Shown piece by piece: positions 10,946-25,523 of a DNA stretch of 56,720 nucleotides. The stretch comes from Chara braunii (lineage: Eukaryota > Plantae > Charophyceae), in assembly GCA_003427395.1 (NCBI GenBank), contig BFEA01000029.1, positions 1,288,193 to 1,344,912 on the forward strand, read 5' to 3'. The translations under genes were made by a program, and so were the position numbers. The stretch's first letter is position 1. Each line of letters starts with the position of its first letter. The notes under the pieces were generated by a model. It was not told the DNA's origin and made no database searches. It saw nothing but the letters and a program-made list of their open reading frames with translations.

Positions 10946-13900
10946 CCCAAAACCATCGACCGCCCCAACCTAGCTCTTTTTTTTTTCAAGGGGGGGGGGG
11001 CAAAGCTCCAATCTATTTGTGGGGAGCAGCACATGCTGGGAACCGGGCCCAACGTCCCATATAAAAATTTACCTAAAATTTTGAAGCAATTTTGAAAGCT
11101 TGCGGTATCGGGGCCATTACCCGGCTTAAGCTAAGAGCTAGATTTAGAAATAAAAACAAGCTGTAGGCAAAATTTCAGGAAAACTCAGACCCCCCTGCAT
11201 CCTCTTTATCTCACTCCGACAAGTCTTACTGCAGCAAAGCCACCATCTTTGTTGCCGTTGTACCCTATTACCATCCTACCAACTGGCCCCCTCACTAGTA
11301 GGACACTTGATATTTAACCATCTTCTTCCACTCACCTAGGCAAAGTTTCAGAAAATATCTCAGAAACCTCCATCCATCCCCTTTACCTTACTCCGGGAAG
11401 ACTTACTACATCAGAGTCACGATCTTCGCTGCTGTTGTACCTTATTTCCATCCTACCGGGTAGGACGCTTGATATCCTGCCATCTACTTCCAACACCAAC
11501 CAGCATCGTTCTGACAGTAGATCTATTCTGAAATATAACAGCAACTGAATAGAATTTTGAAAGTTTGAAATACCGGGGTCATTACTCGACTTTGGCGAAA
11601 ATGAAACAGTCACCCTCCTCCCATTTCCTTTCACCCCCTACTCTTCTTCGTCTCCCGACGAACTGACCTCCCCCTTCATATAGTTCGGAAGAAAAGAGCA
11701 ATAGACCAACGACCTCACCAAAATCCCATAGCGATGAAAAACAGACTTCAGTTCTTCCTCTTCCTACGACAAGCCGACCTCCTCCACCGCATAGTTTGAA
11801 AGAGGAGGAAAAAGTGGTTCACTCCATCGCAAGACAAGCGTAGCACCCTAACCTCTCATCCCATTACCACCTTTCGACGCAGACTTATAACAACTAAGCC
11901 ATCATCTCAACTGCAGTTGTGCCCTAATCCAATTCCCCCAACTACCAATCAAAAAAAAATTCTCCCCTCCACATCAGTCTCATGCTTATTCCATAGGCAT
12001 GTAAAAGACAACTGATCCTCACCCACACTCTTCCTAGATTTTTATTCAACTACATCCCGCGACAAGCCGACCTCCGCCACCCATAGTTCGCAAGATGAAA
12101 AAAAGTGAAAGCAGACAACCCTCAACTTCCTCTTGCGACAAGCCAACCTCCTTCACCACATAGTTCGCAGAAGAAAAAACGAAAGTGATCCACCATCTAA
12201 AATTTGTCAACCTTACCCAACCTTAGATACTAATCAGAACCTTCACCTGTCTGCCCCCAAACCAAAACTAACTCATGAGAGGAAGTAAACTTCATGCAAT
12301 CCGAATTTAAAACAAAATTAGAATCACTATTGAGAATCAAGTTTTATAAATTATAATTCGAAATCTGATTTATGAGTATCAGTATCAAGAGCCTGAAGAA
12401 TAATAAAAAAATAGAAAAAAAAATTTCAAATTAAGAGTTAACAACCTCGTGAATTATTCTTCACGAGACTATTGAGAATCTAAAAGTTAGAAGACTTTAT
12501 TCGGGATCAGAGGCGAAGCTTTGATTTATGATCGTCAACATGAAATAATCAACTCGAGAATTATTTAAAAAATTTTGAAATTATTCATGAGTCCGCTATC
12601 TTAAATCAAATTCGAATTGAAAACATAAAGTTACCTATCATAATAAGTCCGGAATAGAAAAATCCAAATGATTCAAAAAATAGATTCGAAAAACAGAAAT
12701 CAGAAAAGAAAACTCAGATTTACAATCATCAAATTGAACAAAAATTAGATCGTTAGGAAACGAGATCACTCAATCTCCAGCCTCGAAGAGCAACAGACAA
12801 TCCTTAAAACTATGGATTGAAACATACAAAACCGACCTCTCATCATGTTGTGTTTATCTCCCCCTAAACCTTCACCCCCTCCCTTATCGGCCCGAAGGCA
12901 ACTCAACCATCACGTAACCGTTTTCTCAGCCATCAATAAATACGACTAAACAATAAGGACTAACGAACTGTGACTTCACTTGCCACGTAGCAAAACAAAA
13001 TCACCGAACCTTCACTTGTAGTCCGGGGGAAAACAGACCTGCCATGCCCTTCGTTGTCCTTCATCTCAGATGATGATGATGGCAGACCATACCCGTCCGA
13101 GCCGTTCACCAGCAGCCTCTTCATATCAACCTCATCCTCTATGCACGATGCACCACCCTCGTCACCATCCTTCCCATCATCATCCATTCACCCTCAGCCT
13201 CTCAGCCACCACCTCACACCACCTCAAATCCACTCCCCCCAACATCGCGCCGCTCAACCGCTTGATGTTGCCCGACACCGCTCGGTCTGATTTCACATCG
13301 TTTCTCCGCTTGCCACCACTCAATGTCACTCGATTTAACTATGCGGGCGGGGCGCAACGCTCCCGGTTGCGCTGCGCCCCGCGCGTTCCTATCATTTTTT
13401 GTGTACACAGCTGTTGTTAGGTTGTTCGCTGTGCTCGCCCCAACCTAGCTCATGATAAGCCCACCAAGTTCCCAGTAGTATTCCCAGTCACAAAGCATAG
13501 TAGTTGTCTTTCCCAACTATCAAGTTCGAGCCTCCTGCTACCGTTCTGTCGAGCCTTGCCAAGCCTAGGGGGCCCGGTAGCAGGACAGTCGCCCTTTTGT
13601 AAAAAAAAAAAAAAGCTGTATCTAATACCCAAGGCATCAAAGATGCATTTTCTACNNNNNNNNNNNNNNNNNNNNNNNNNNNNNNNNNNNNNNNNNNNNN
13701 NNNNNNNNNNNNNNNNNNNNNNNAAACCAAAACAAACAAACATAAATAAAATAAATGAGATGTTAAAACAAAAATAAAAAAATTGGAAGAAGGGTGACAG
13801 AAAGAGAGAGAAAGAGGCGGAAAGAGTCACAGCAAGGGCGAAGTCGTCGGCATTCTCTCGCGGTTTGACTTTGCCAACTGGGAATAAATATCTTCATTAT

Positions 13901-14050
13901 TATGGGAAGATTCATTCCCAGTGCGGTTGGACTTTGCCAACTGGGAATGAATCTCTTCATTATTGCGGGAAGATTCAAGGTTTGCAACGTGATGTGCTCT
14001 GAGAGAGAGAGAGAGAGGGGCGGGGGGGGAGAGGCATGACAAGTTCATTG

Positions 14051-14129
<79 letters not shown>

Positions 14130-14286
14130 CCCCTCTCTCCCCCCCCCCCTAGACACTCGTTGTTTGGTGCTTGACGCTTGGATCGTACGCATGACGACGA
14201 TTATAAGGCTTGCACACGAGAGTCTAGTAGTTTCTCGAACTCGCATGGCCGCACGAGCGAACCGATCGCAAATGGGTCATCCATTA

Positions 14287-14432
14287 AACCACCACTCCCC
14301 TAGTCGACCTAAATTCGGGGTACTGGTAGCAGAGGTTCAAGAGGGCTACCGAGAGCACAATGAGGAAAACCAGGGGAGTGGCAAAAATAAAAAATGCGTC
14401 AAATTGTTGCTGCAATTTATCTCAGGGCCTAA

Positions 14433-14469
<37 letters not shown>

Positions 14470-15050
14470 AATGCGACCAAATTTACTAACCCTATAATTT
14501 TTCAGATTTCTTGACACATTCTTTTGATCGTGAAAAATCGTTGAAGCTTAGGTACTTTTCCCGTTGCAGACACACGTGGTAGAGCGACAAAAATGAAAAA
14601 TAAGATAAATCGGTGCAACATTTATTTCATGGTCTAATTTTTTATTTTTGGCAAGACCACGATCGAATCCACATGACTTCAAAATTCCATATTTTATGAG
14701 TCATTTTTGTGAGCACAAAAAATCATGGAATTTGGGGTACTTTTCCCTCTGACCCTTATGTGGTAGAGTGACAAAAATGGAAAATGCGAGGAATCGGCGT
14801 GATATTTATTTTATGGTCCTTTTGTTTTTTGTTTGTTTTTTTATATTTTTTCGTGAATGATTACAATCCAATATACAAGATCTCAAATTTTCAGATCTTT
14901 TTGCTAATTCTTCTGAGCGTGAAAAAACGCCTGGAGCTTACAAATTGCGGGATTGGACCCACCTCCACGTGCTGGTCGCCGCCCCCCCTAAGAACACGAT
15001 CCGTAAGGCCAGGAAGGTTGGATTTAGGCCGACGGAGGGGAGTGGTGGTT
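14287..15050. mobile_element. Non-autonomous TIR element (~764 bp) with TA flanks and three internal ~190-bp subrepeats
   Basis: TA|AACCACCACTCCCCTAGTCGACCTAAAT ... ATTTAGGCCGACGGAGGGGAGTGGTGGTT|TA. Confidence 0.75.
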
Positions 15051-15099
15051 TATAAGTCGGTGATGATGTACTCATCAATACACACCACTTGCAGCTCGA

Positions 15100-15591
15100 A
15101 GCGGATACGCTTTGCAAGCTTAAGCGTCCCTTCTTCGACCCATGTCATATACTTCAGGCAGTCGGTTTTGATTTTGCCGCTAATCTGGTCAGCTTTCGTG
15201 TGAAGTTACCTGATTGCCTTTGACAGGCTTGCGTACATGATGTTTACCACGTCTCCTTATTGTGTCCTTATCACAGACTGTCCGAGCGATTCGTCGGACG
15301 TCCTTACGAGCGCCCTCCACCTATCATGGTGGACACAATCACGACGAGTTTGTCATTTCCAATATCATATCTCGCCGAGTTACGTACGATACCCCTCCAC
15401 GCATCGAGTACCTTGTGCATTGGAAGGGCTATCCCGATGAAGAGACTACTTGGAAACCCCTCGAGCACTTGAAGCACGCCAGAATGTTAGTGTATGCATA
15501 TGACCGTGCTTGTCATGCTGAGACATCTGGTCCTACTCAGACAACTAATCCTCTTCCTCCTCCGACTAGGGACGAGCCCGCTCCCTCTTAG
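15100..15591 (+). pseudogene. Ty3/Gypsy chromovirus relic: integrase C-terminus plus chromodomain
   Basis: Frameshifted KLKRPFFDPCHILQAVG..VSFRVKLP (GPY/F region), VHDVYHVSLLCPY, then EFVISNIISRR...EYLVHWKGYPDEETTWKPLEHL. Confidence 0.85.
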
Positions 15592-16968
15592 GTCGTTCTT
15601 CAGTAGCAGACAAACGTCTTCACATTTCCACAACGCACTCGTCATCGACGTCTCGACGAGTGACACTCTCATCACCTATCTATCTTCCCACTTATTCACA
15701 CTCTGATATACTCCATCATCAGTGTTTTTATGATGTTAGCGTTTTGTGGTTTAACTTCGACATCAACTTGACTCCTACTTCATCGACGACTTTAACTACC
15801 TTATCGGCTTAATCTACATGCGGGTTTGACTTTCACCGTATGTGATATTATCCCCCCCACTGCAGTAGTATTCCAACAGACTTAACCTTTCATTTGATCG
15901 ATAAAACAAAAAATGTGTGAAGCAAGTTTGTTTTTTTTTTCTAGAAAATCAAGTTCGTGTTTGACTCATTTACGTGGGAGTGTTTTACAATGTTAGTGTC
16001 GGTGGGGCATTTTGGGGATGGAAGACAATTCATTTCATGCACATATGCAGGGTGCCCCCCCCCCAAAAAAATGAAGCAAGCATGGCTCAAGCGAACAAGT
16101 ATGAAAAATGCGTCTCTCTTTTACGCACAAATACATTTGCTCCTGATTAATACACAAATGTTCATCATCACCACCGTCATCATCATCATCATCACAATCA
16201 TGCTCATGATTATGATCACCACCATCATCATCATCACTATGTTTCGCATCATGATCGCAGTTATCATATGTTATTCTCTTGGCGTTATTAATATAGAGAT
16301 GAAAAACGCTCATTCGGTCGTAGCCTAAACACCACCCACCGTGCTTTTGTTTTCCTAGCTCAGTCTCAACCCCAACCCAGAGCCTCTATTTTTTTTTTCA
16401 ATTGGTCTGGTCTCACAATCTCCGTCGTCCAAAAAACAACGACCATACAAAAGTCAACAGTTATCAACCTAACTCACTTTCCACCCCTCTAAACCCATCG
16501 TAGCGCAGGTCCTCCAAACAAAGAAGAAGAGGAACCCAAGGTACAAACTAAGTCATTCTTTACCCCTCCAAACCCACTAGCACTATAGCGTTGGTTCTGT
16601 AAGCAAAGGAAAAACGGAACCCCAGGTACAAACGTCGTACTCTGCTATACCGAAGTCTTTAAAATTCCGAACTATATAATTTTTATAATTCACATTTGGT
16701 TTCATTGCTCATCTTTATAAGGGACAATAGGTAGTGAAACAAAGTTTTGGCCATGATAGATGTGAGTTACATTTTGGGAAGTACTAGTCTGACTATTATG
16801 TTCGCAGTGAGGGTTTTTCAGCAGAACGTAGAATATGCACTGCCTCGATGGCAGAAAATGAAGATTTCGCCGTAGTACTGGTGAAATTTACCGATAAAAG
16901 TATTATCTACCATGAGGAGGGGGGCGAAACACAACCCTAAGGACTTATGTTCCTTTGTTATTTTTCGA

Positions 16969-17081
<113 letters not shown>

Positions 17082-18623
17082 ATAATTTGTTATGTTTGAG
17101 AACTCACTACACTGCAGCCTTATGACTGCGAATTCCATGTATGTTCCAATGAGCCAAAACAACAAAGATCTAGAGGTAGCAGTGGGGATTAAAAAAATGC
17201 ACTCTTTAACCAACAATTATTTGTTTTTTTTCTTGTAGCACAAGTGGTTAACGGGAACCCCACTTTCAACTCTTGATTAACAGGTCCAAACCATAAATTA
17301 TGGTTTGAAAATCAAGTTTTATTATTATTATTTTTTTTTTTTTGCCTATTGTATTTTGGTTTGAGGTTACTATGTGTCAAATTTGGTATCATTTGGAGCA
17401 AGGGAATTTCCTACGCAAAGATTTCTAAAATTGAAATGTTGGCAAATTTTCATGAAAGTGTATTTTTGCCTTGTTGTTTTATAATTTTTATTATTATTAT
17501 TTTTTTGCAACTAATTAGTATGATGTCCGCTTTATGAATCAGTGACAAATTTGGTTAAAATTACCATTGGGTTTTGTTATAAATGGCATGAGAAGTTGTC
17601 TGAAAATTGAGGTCTTAGTTAACGACCTTTTTCTTTTAGAGGGTGACGGTCTTGAGATATCATCATTGAACTAATCAGACTTATGCAATTCATAATAATT
17701 GCAATCTCTTCATTAGATGGTATGCGGATTCGAACTTGATTGTGTATTTCAATAATTCATAGGTATATCAGCTTAATTAGACCCGTCTTTATTTATGTTT
17801 TTTGCCCTATAAAATATTTTTATTTTTTATTTTGTAAGATCATTGCTCAATTTGTATCCCTCACTTTTTTTTTTCATTAATTATTTTAGTTACAAAAAAT
17901 TGATAAATTATACACTCTCCACATTTTGCAATAAATTGCCACGTTTTGTACCTGAGTCTGTTCAAGATCTGACAATTAAAAATTTTAATTGTTCTAAGAC
18001 TTTAGATGTCTTTTGGGGGCTCCCGCCACGAGGCAAGACCGGTCATACGTGTTTCAAATGCATGCAAAAAGTTTTGGATTGGGTATATGACTCACGAAAA
18101 CTCATGGTATCTCACAAAGTGGTTCACCACTTTAAGACTAAGTTTTTAGTGTCCAGGTGAAACAGACGACTGATCCTTTGAATTTACGAAGGTACCGGTT
18201 CTATAAGCGATAGTTGTCGGTCCTCCGTAAAACTTCGAAGGACCTGTCCCCTAACAATTTAAATCCCCCAAAACCCCTTATTCGTCGATCACTCATCTCA
18301 AGATATGTGTCACTTTGATACTGACGTTCAAACCTATTATACAGTAACCATTAGGGTTGCGAAGTAGTGTGAGTATGACATTTGTGAAGGCAATCCCCGA
18401 CATTATTTATCTAGATGTAGTTTATTCGTTTTTTTTTTTTTTTTGTCTGACAAGGGGGTCCATAGGGTCTTAATATTTTATCTTTGAATTTTTTCAATAT
18501 TTAGAGGCCGACTCTCTACTGAACCCCCAAAGAATATGGTATAGGTTATATTCCCACTTAGGCCTACAACTCCCGACTCTCTGAAGTACAAGTACTTTAA
18601 ATTAATTATTCCGTCCGAAAAAA

Positions 18624-19781
18624 TACACGATTCTTTTGCTGCTTAACTAGTAAATCGAACACTCCACGACCTCGTTCTGCAACTTTCTTGCTTTTTAGCT
18701 TACCCTTCCCTCGCTATGTTCCTTCATGTTGTGCCACTATAATTTTGAGATATATCAATGATTATTTTTTATTCTAAGGGTTATGGTTTACTAGAGCAGC
18801 CATCTCGTTTTGACCACTATTGTTTCTGCACAATATCCCAACGTTTGCACCTAAGCTAAGCTTAGCCTAATAATCATCTCACTTCGCAGCCATGAGACAG
18901 GGTGTACTACACTTGCATTTTGTCGTTTCCAGATCGAGAATGTCACCGATTGGGAGTAGGGATTTAAATGACATTAAGCGGTACAAAGGAAGGGTGTCGT
19001 CGTAGTTTCTATAGCAGCCGGTTGGGCAAGCAGTCGAGCAATATGTTAAATGTTAGAGGACGAGCGGTTGCTTACGTAGGTCATTAAACCACTACTACCT
19101 TTCATAGGCAAACACAAAGTTTATCTAGTAGCCTATTCGTTCAAATGTGTGACCTCGGGGCAGGCCCGACACCCATCGTTGTGATTTTGAACAAAATCGA
19201 TGTGTACACGATTCTTTTGCTGCTTAACTAGTAAATCGAACACTCCACGACCCTGTTCTGCATTTTTCTTGCTTCTTAGCTTACCCTTCCCTCGCTATGT
19301 TCCTTCAGGTTGTGCCACTCTAATTTTTGGGTATATGAATGCTTATTTTTTATTCCAAGGGTTATGCTTTATTAGAGCAGCCATCTCGTTTTGACCACTA
19401 TTGTTTCTGCACTATATCTCAACGCTTGCACCTAAGCTTAGCCTAATAATCATCTTACTTCGCAGCCAGGAGACAGGGTGTACTACATTTGCATTTTGTT
19501 GTTGCCAGATCGATAATGTCGCTGACTGGGAGTAGCCTGGGATTTAAAGGTCGTTAAGCGGTACAAAGGAAGGGTGTGGTAGCAGTTGCTATAGCAGCCG
19601 GTTAGGCAAGCAGTCGAGCAATATGTTAAATGTTAGAGGACGAGCGGTTGCTTACGTAGGTCGTTAAACCACTACTACCTTTCATAGGCAAACACAAATT
19701 TCATCTAGTAGCCTACTCATTCAAATTTGTGACCTTGGGGCAGCCTCGACACCCATCGTTGTGATTTTGAACAAAATGGAT
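18624..19781. repeat. ~580-bp tandem duplication (18624-19201 / 19205-19781)
   Basis: Both copies start tacacgattcttttgctgcttaactagtaaatcg and end gtgattttgaacaaaat.gat. Confidence 0.9.
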
Positions 19782-20310
19782 ATGTGAGAGAAAAAAAAAC
19801 TTACAGCTACAATATCAATGATGTAGAGAAAGATTCTCATAGAGGGCATAGTCACACTTGCAATATCCACAATGCATGTGGCCTCGATTAGGGGAACATG
19901 ATTTTTTAATTTATTTTATTTTATTTTTTACTTTTTTTTTCCTTATAGTGACTTGTTGCTGTTGAGGCAGGGCGTAATCCACACAAAAAAGAAACGTCCT
20001 CACTAAGAGTATACTCACACTAGTACTGGAGTGTCGCATATCTGACCGTGATCACAACATCATAAGGGATGTTTTTTTTTTTCTTTTGTTTTGTTGTGTC
20101 TCGAATTAACGTCCTCATATAAAACACAATCAAAGTAGTACTTCATAGAATGTATGCCACAATTGCATGGCGTTAGCCTGAGCGATGTCCTTTCATAGTA
20201 GTACCAAAAAATAAAAATGAAATGATACTGTGAAAATGTTTGGTTATACAAAATTCAACGCTTAAAGAAATTCAACGTTGACAAAAAAAAACTCGAAGGT
20301 AGTGGTGGTT
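19667..20310. mobile_element. TIR element with AACCAC(T/C)ACTACCTT ends
   Basis: ttaaaccactactacctttc (19664, duplicated at 19084) versus gaaggtagtggtggtttaa (20296-20313). Confidence 0.55.
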
Positions 20311-20431
20311 TAATATTTTTTTTAATTCAGCGTCTAACCTTTATTGTTTGTGAAAACGAAGGAACGTCAAGGGTCACACAAAAGACTATGAAATAGGGTA
20401 TACATGTTTTGTTGTTTAGGCTGTGCCCTGC

Positions 20432-20568
<137 letters not shown>

Positions 20569-22311
20569 GCGGCAGGGTGTGGGTGAACTGAGAAGGAAAG
20601 CCCATGCTGCTCCGCTTCATGGTCTGCGACACTGATGGGTCTGGGTTCGTACGAATTTGGTCTGTAAGACGGCCAGATGCATCAGAATGGAGGAGGCCGA
20701 GTTGACTAAACGAGAGGGATTAAAGGAGAGGGTTCGAAATGCATACATGAGCTCGAACGACGAGTGAGCAGCGAGAGGAGAGCACATTAGCAAGAAGGAA
20801 GCTTACCTGGTCAAGTTGTAGCCGTTGTCAAGAAGCTGCGAAGTCTGCAGTAAGATGTAGCACATCAGTAAACCGTGTGCAGCAACGAAATGACTGATGA
20901 AGGACCGTTTTTCTAGTTCTGTGGCATTGGTGCATAATCGTTTTTAGTTGGTGGAATAATTCGGCTGATTGATTCTTATTGGCGAACATGATCTCAACCT
21001 TCCAAACAGCTATACGGGGACCTATTCTTTTGACCAGCCTCTTACAGGGAACTGTTGATTGTGGGGGCCCTCTGCAGCTGCACAGCCCGCCAATCTCTGT
21101 GTGTTGGGAGATGTGAAGGGATGAACACGGTCATGGCAGTGGACAACGGGGCTGATATTTGCACATACTTTGGATGTTGTTGCTGACGTTTGTGTTTACT
21201 TCGATGTGGTCATGGAATCAGGGTCTGCAGATGCCTTTTGGTTGCTGTGGCATGCTCGGACAGTGCACGGATGCTGTGAGGCGGACTATTATTGTAGCTA
21301 TGGAGCTTCAAGTTTGTGTTGCTGTTGTGCACCGATACTGTTGCGGAAGGCTTCAAACAGCAAACCATTGAGCTCCACGACATAGCTTGACTGCAATTTC
21401 GTTGTGCGCTTACCACACGTTAGTTGGGTATCTGCTGCTCAGCATTATGCTTGCATTTGGCTTACCCTATGTATTACTGTGTTCTGCACTATGTTGTTGA
21501 GCCCTGTAGTGCGTTACTAAAGCGTGGTACCTTGTTTTCAGTATACTACTACGGTACCTTGTGGCGACCTGCGATCGCTGTATGCATAGTTCCTATTTGA
21601 GTCACGTTGTGTTCTGCCTGCGGTTTGGATAAAGCACAGGGGTGTGTTCTATTTGAACACAATTGTGTCAGGCTGCGTAACGGCAGTTTAGACTGAGTAG
21701 TGGCAGCTTGGCCAGGGGAAACGACGCTGCAATCGAGGGAAGTAATCAGAGTCTGCAACGGGGTTAACTCTGCGTCTTGGAGGTTCATCAAAGTTCATGA
21801 TCGTACTGCATTTTCGCTGCGGGTTGACCGACATACTGCGTATTTGGCCATCATTGCGGGGCCTTCAGGTGAGTGAAGGAATCAACGCTCTCTTATGCGA
21901 GTCAAAGAGCACCTCTCTTGTATCTGAAGGACTCAGTATCTCTCCTTCTGTCTTTCTGACTCTCAGTCTAATCTTTTGGTTCCGAGAGGAAGAAGGCGGG
22001 CGGGATTGAAACCCGTAATCCGTGCCAAGGCCTCTGTGGGAGGTTTGGCCCGCCGATTGCGGGAGCTCTGCCGGGGTTCAGGCGGGACCCTGGAGGTAGG
22101 GAACTTTGAGGTAGGCCGATGCGATCTCCTTTAGGATCCCGTATATCCCTATCTATAACACCCTTCATTCAGTTTGACTGAGTTTTGACTTTTTGTATAT
22201 TTCCTTGACTTTAATTCATGACTTTAACTGAATCAGAGGAAATTTAATATGTTTGTCTAAATTTATTTGTCTGAAATGAAATCCACGATGTCTGCTTGCG
22301 ATGATTTGAAT

Positions 22312-22960
22312 GAGGCTCGAAATGAGGTTCTTTAGACTGATCCGGTCGCCTTGCTCGTTTTGCCTAAGACATTGAACTGGGACTGGAAATGAGGTCCTCC
22401 AGATTGATTCGGTCGCCTTGCTTCGTTTTGCCTAAGANNNNNNNNNNNNNNNNNNNNNNNNNNNNNNNNNNNNNNNNNNNCGGTCGCCTTGCTCGTTTTG
22501 CCTAAGACATTGAACTGAGGTTGGAAATAAGGTCCTCCAGACTGATCCGGTCGCCTTGCTCGTTTTGCCTAAGACATTGAACTGGGGTTGGAGATGAGGT
22601 CGTTCAGACTGATCCGTTCGCCTTGCTGGTTTTGCCTAAGACATTAAATTGGGGCTGGAAATGAGGTCTTCCAGACTGATCCGGTCGCCTTACTCGTTTT
22701 GCCTAAGACATTGAACTGGGGCTGGAAATGAGGTCTTCCAAACTGATCCGGTCGCCTTGCTCGTTTTGCCTAAGACATTGAACTGGGGCTGAAAATGAGA
22801 TCCTCTAGACTAATCCGGTCGCCTTGCTCGTTTTGCTTAAGACATTGAACAGAGGCTGGAGATGAGGTCCTTCTGACTGATCCGGTCGCCTTGCTCATTT
22901 TGCCTAAGACATTGAACTGGGGTTGGAGATGAGGTCGTTCTGACTGATTCGGTCGTTTAG
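22312..22960. repeat. 67-bp tandem satellite, about 10 visible units with an internal gap
   Basis: Unit gaggtcttccagactgatccggtcgccttgctcgttttgcctaagacattgaactggggctggaaat; unit starts at 22663 and 22730 are 67 apart; no unique spacers. Confidence 0.95.
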
Positions 22961-25097
22961 CTAAGTCTGTCAGATTGCATGGGGTTAACTGAGAACAACT
23001 TTGAACTTGAAAGATAATCAACCAACTAAGATACGAGACTCAATTTTTATGTGATCAGGACAAGCGAAAGGTGAACACTTTGGATGAACGAACCCTTGTT
23101 TTTTAGCTGACTAAATGAATTGTTGACATGAAATGCTTGTTAGCAAAGCCTTGTCTTTTGTTTAAGTTATGTCTATTTTCGCTGCTTAATAGGGTAGTCT
23201 GTTAGTTCTCGCCACGTGCTGGAGCTATAAGAGTTAGTTCAATTCCTGAATTTTTTTAGTTCAGTTTATTTTACTTAGATCAAGTTCTCGCATTTTCTGG
23301 GATCTTTTATTTTACTTGGCTCTGTATAAATTTTGGATAGCTACTTTTCGTACGGGAAGCGCTGCCGAAATTTCTACAAAACCAAGGAGTTAGTCAAATT
23401 TTGACTTTCAAAGTTCAACTTTTTGTTTTAGTTTTATATCTGGCTTAGTTAAAATATGAGAAACCTATTTTTATAGGGGAGGTGCAACCAAAATTTTTAC
23501 TAAATAAGGGAGTTGGACAAAATTTGACTTTATGAAGTCAGAGTTATTTCTGAATTTTATATTTAGCGTCGTATAAATTCTGAAAAGACACTTTCCCTAC
23601 GGGAAGCGCTGCCAAAATTTTCCTAATTTTGAAGAATTAGATTATATTCTAGTAGGCGAATTCTTGGCAATCCACCGTGACCCTGTATAGGGGAGATACT
23701 GCCATAATTTTCCTTATTCTTTGAGGTTCATTGGAGAGTTGAATTTAAGATCTAGTCTTACGAGGTTTTGAGTAAGATGTGATATGGGGATTTATTCTCC
23801 GTACACTTAAAGTTCAAGTATTTGGGATTTAACCTGTGTTGTGTAACATGTCCTTCTTGACCGTTTTTGATTCAAGATCTGACTAGTTCAGCTCTGTCCT
23901 ATGAGGATCCTCTTCAATTTCTTTTATCTTTAATAACAGGTCGGTTGGTTGACCGCCGACTCGTCGGCTCACGATACAACTTTACTTACACTTGTACCTC
24001 AACTTGATGCCTTAGCCCTGAGATTTGATATGTTTCTTTGAAAGTTTTAACTAGACTTCTTTAAATAGTCATTATAAAGAATTGATGGGGGGGGTTATAG
24101 AAAGTTTGACAATGGTTGGAGCATGAGCGTGTGAGGCATAGTGTGAGTTACAGGGAACAGTAAAGTTGACCACATTGGTGCATGGCAATATGGCTTTCGT
24201 ATGTGTCTGTGTTTTATGCAGGTTAGTATTTTAGAGTTTGGTATACGAGTTTTACTTTGGAGGCAGTGAGAATGACAACCATGTATCGCGCGATCTCCAT
24301 ACCTGATAGGTTTATTTTCCCTTCCTTTATCTTATCTCGAGTTCTGATTTAATATATAGATATTGGGATGCTTATTTATTTACTAGGTGATTTTGCTTGT
24401 TGATTTTCATAGTTGGACGTTGATGTCCGTGGCAACCGTCAAAGTCAAATCCCTTGACTTCTCTTCAGACCTTGGATGATGAAGCTTGTCTCCATGGCCA
24501 TAAGGGTTGACTGCCACCACAGGCCGGAACCTGGGTACCACCCACTCTCCGCAGGGTGCAGAAGAGGGTGTGGTTCTCAACCGCCTTGCCGGTTGTCTAG
24601 CGTCGAGAGATTAACCCCTCAAGGCGCGTGTCAGCCGACACTTGAGTGTTGAACGCGATCCTCAAGACTATTGAGGACCGCTCCATTATGGGTACTACAT
24701 AGTATGTCATCATTGCGACTGCTTGCGAATGCTTGCATGGCTAGTTGATATGAGAAAGCCTTGCATTCGTGCAATTTTATATTAAGACGTGCGCGCAATA
24801 CTTACCCAATTTTCGTATGAGAAGGTTATGTGTTGGATACTAAAGACTCTAGGAGTGTTTTTGTTTTGTGTTATTGATCTGACTTTTCTGGCGTGGTGTA
24901 ACGCGTATTAAGAAGGATGCGTCATAGTCGACCGACGACGAGTCGCGCTTGGGACTTCAGCCCCCTAGTGCGTCGGCTTGCGTACGGGTCCGATAAAGGC
25001 ATGGAACCGCGCGTACCCCCTATGCTACAACGTACGAGAAAACACCCTCGGCTGGTCCACCTCTACGATTGCATGTAAAAACTTTCGTATTGTGGAC

Positions 25098-25320
25098 TGG
25101 TAGCTCGGCGGGGATACGCCCACCTAAGGGATGGTGACAACTCCTGCAGGTGGAGGTAAGTTGTACCTCGTGTGGCTCTATCCTGTCGTAGGGGTTCCCG
25201 AGAGGTATGGTTGGCGCACTCGGCCGGAGCGGCAACGCTCTACGGCTAAACTCCTGCCGAATCCTGCGTGACGCGATCGGGAAGGTCCCCCCCTCACTGC
25301 GGGTGTGCGCTCGACACCGG
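25098..25320 (+). repeat. Dispersed ~220-bp repeat, with a homolog at 49655-49875 followed by further degenerate units to ~50260
   Basis: Shared gggatacgcccacctaagggatggtgac...gagaggtatggttg...aatcctgcgtgacgcg. Confidence 0.8.
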
Positions 25321-25523
25321 GCCCCCAACCCTGCACCCTAAACGCTAGGGCAAAGGGGCAAACATGTCGTTACCCCTCTCCACCTAGAGAGAAAAGGGAG
25401 ACCCAGTTGCTGGCAAATGGTGGGTCCTTGTGTTAGCCGGGCCCCCACCCGCGCCCCCAACCCTGCACCCTAAAGGCTAGGGCAAAGGGGCAAACATGTC
25501 GTTACCCCTCTCCACCTAGAGAG
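25321..25523. repeat. 71-bp near-perfect direct repeat pair (25321-25391, 25453-25523)
   Basis: gcccccaaccctgcaccctaaa.gctagggcaaaggggcaaacatgtcgttacccctctccacctagagag occurs twice. Confidence 0.9.

Noticed and set aside
15262-15591. Host chromodomain gene
   Set aside because: It is preceded by frameshifted Gypsy integrase C-terminal motifs, so it is a retrotransposon relic.
22312-22960. CRISPR-like array
   Set aside because: Units are contiguous near-identical 67-mers with no unique spacers; the context is eukaryotic and there are no cas genes.
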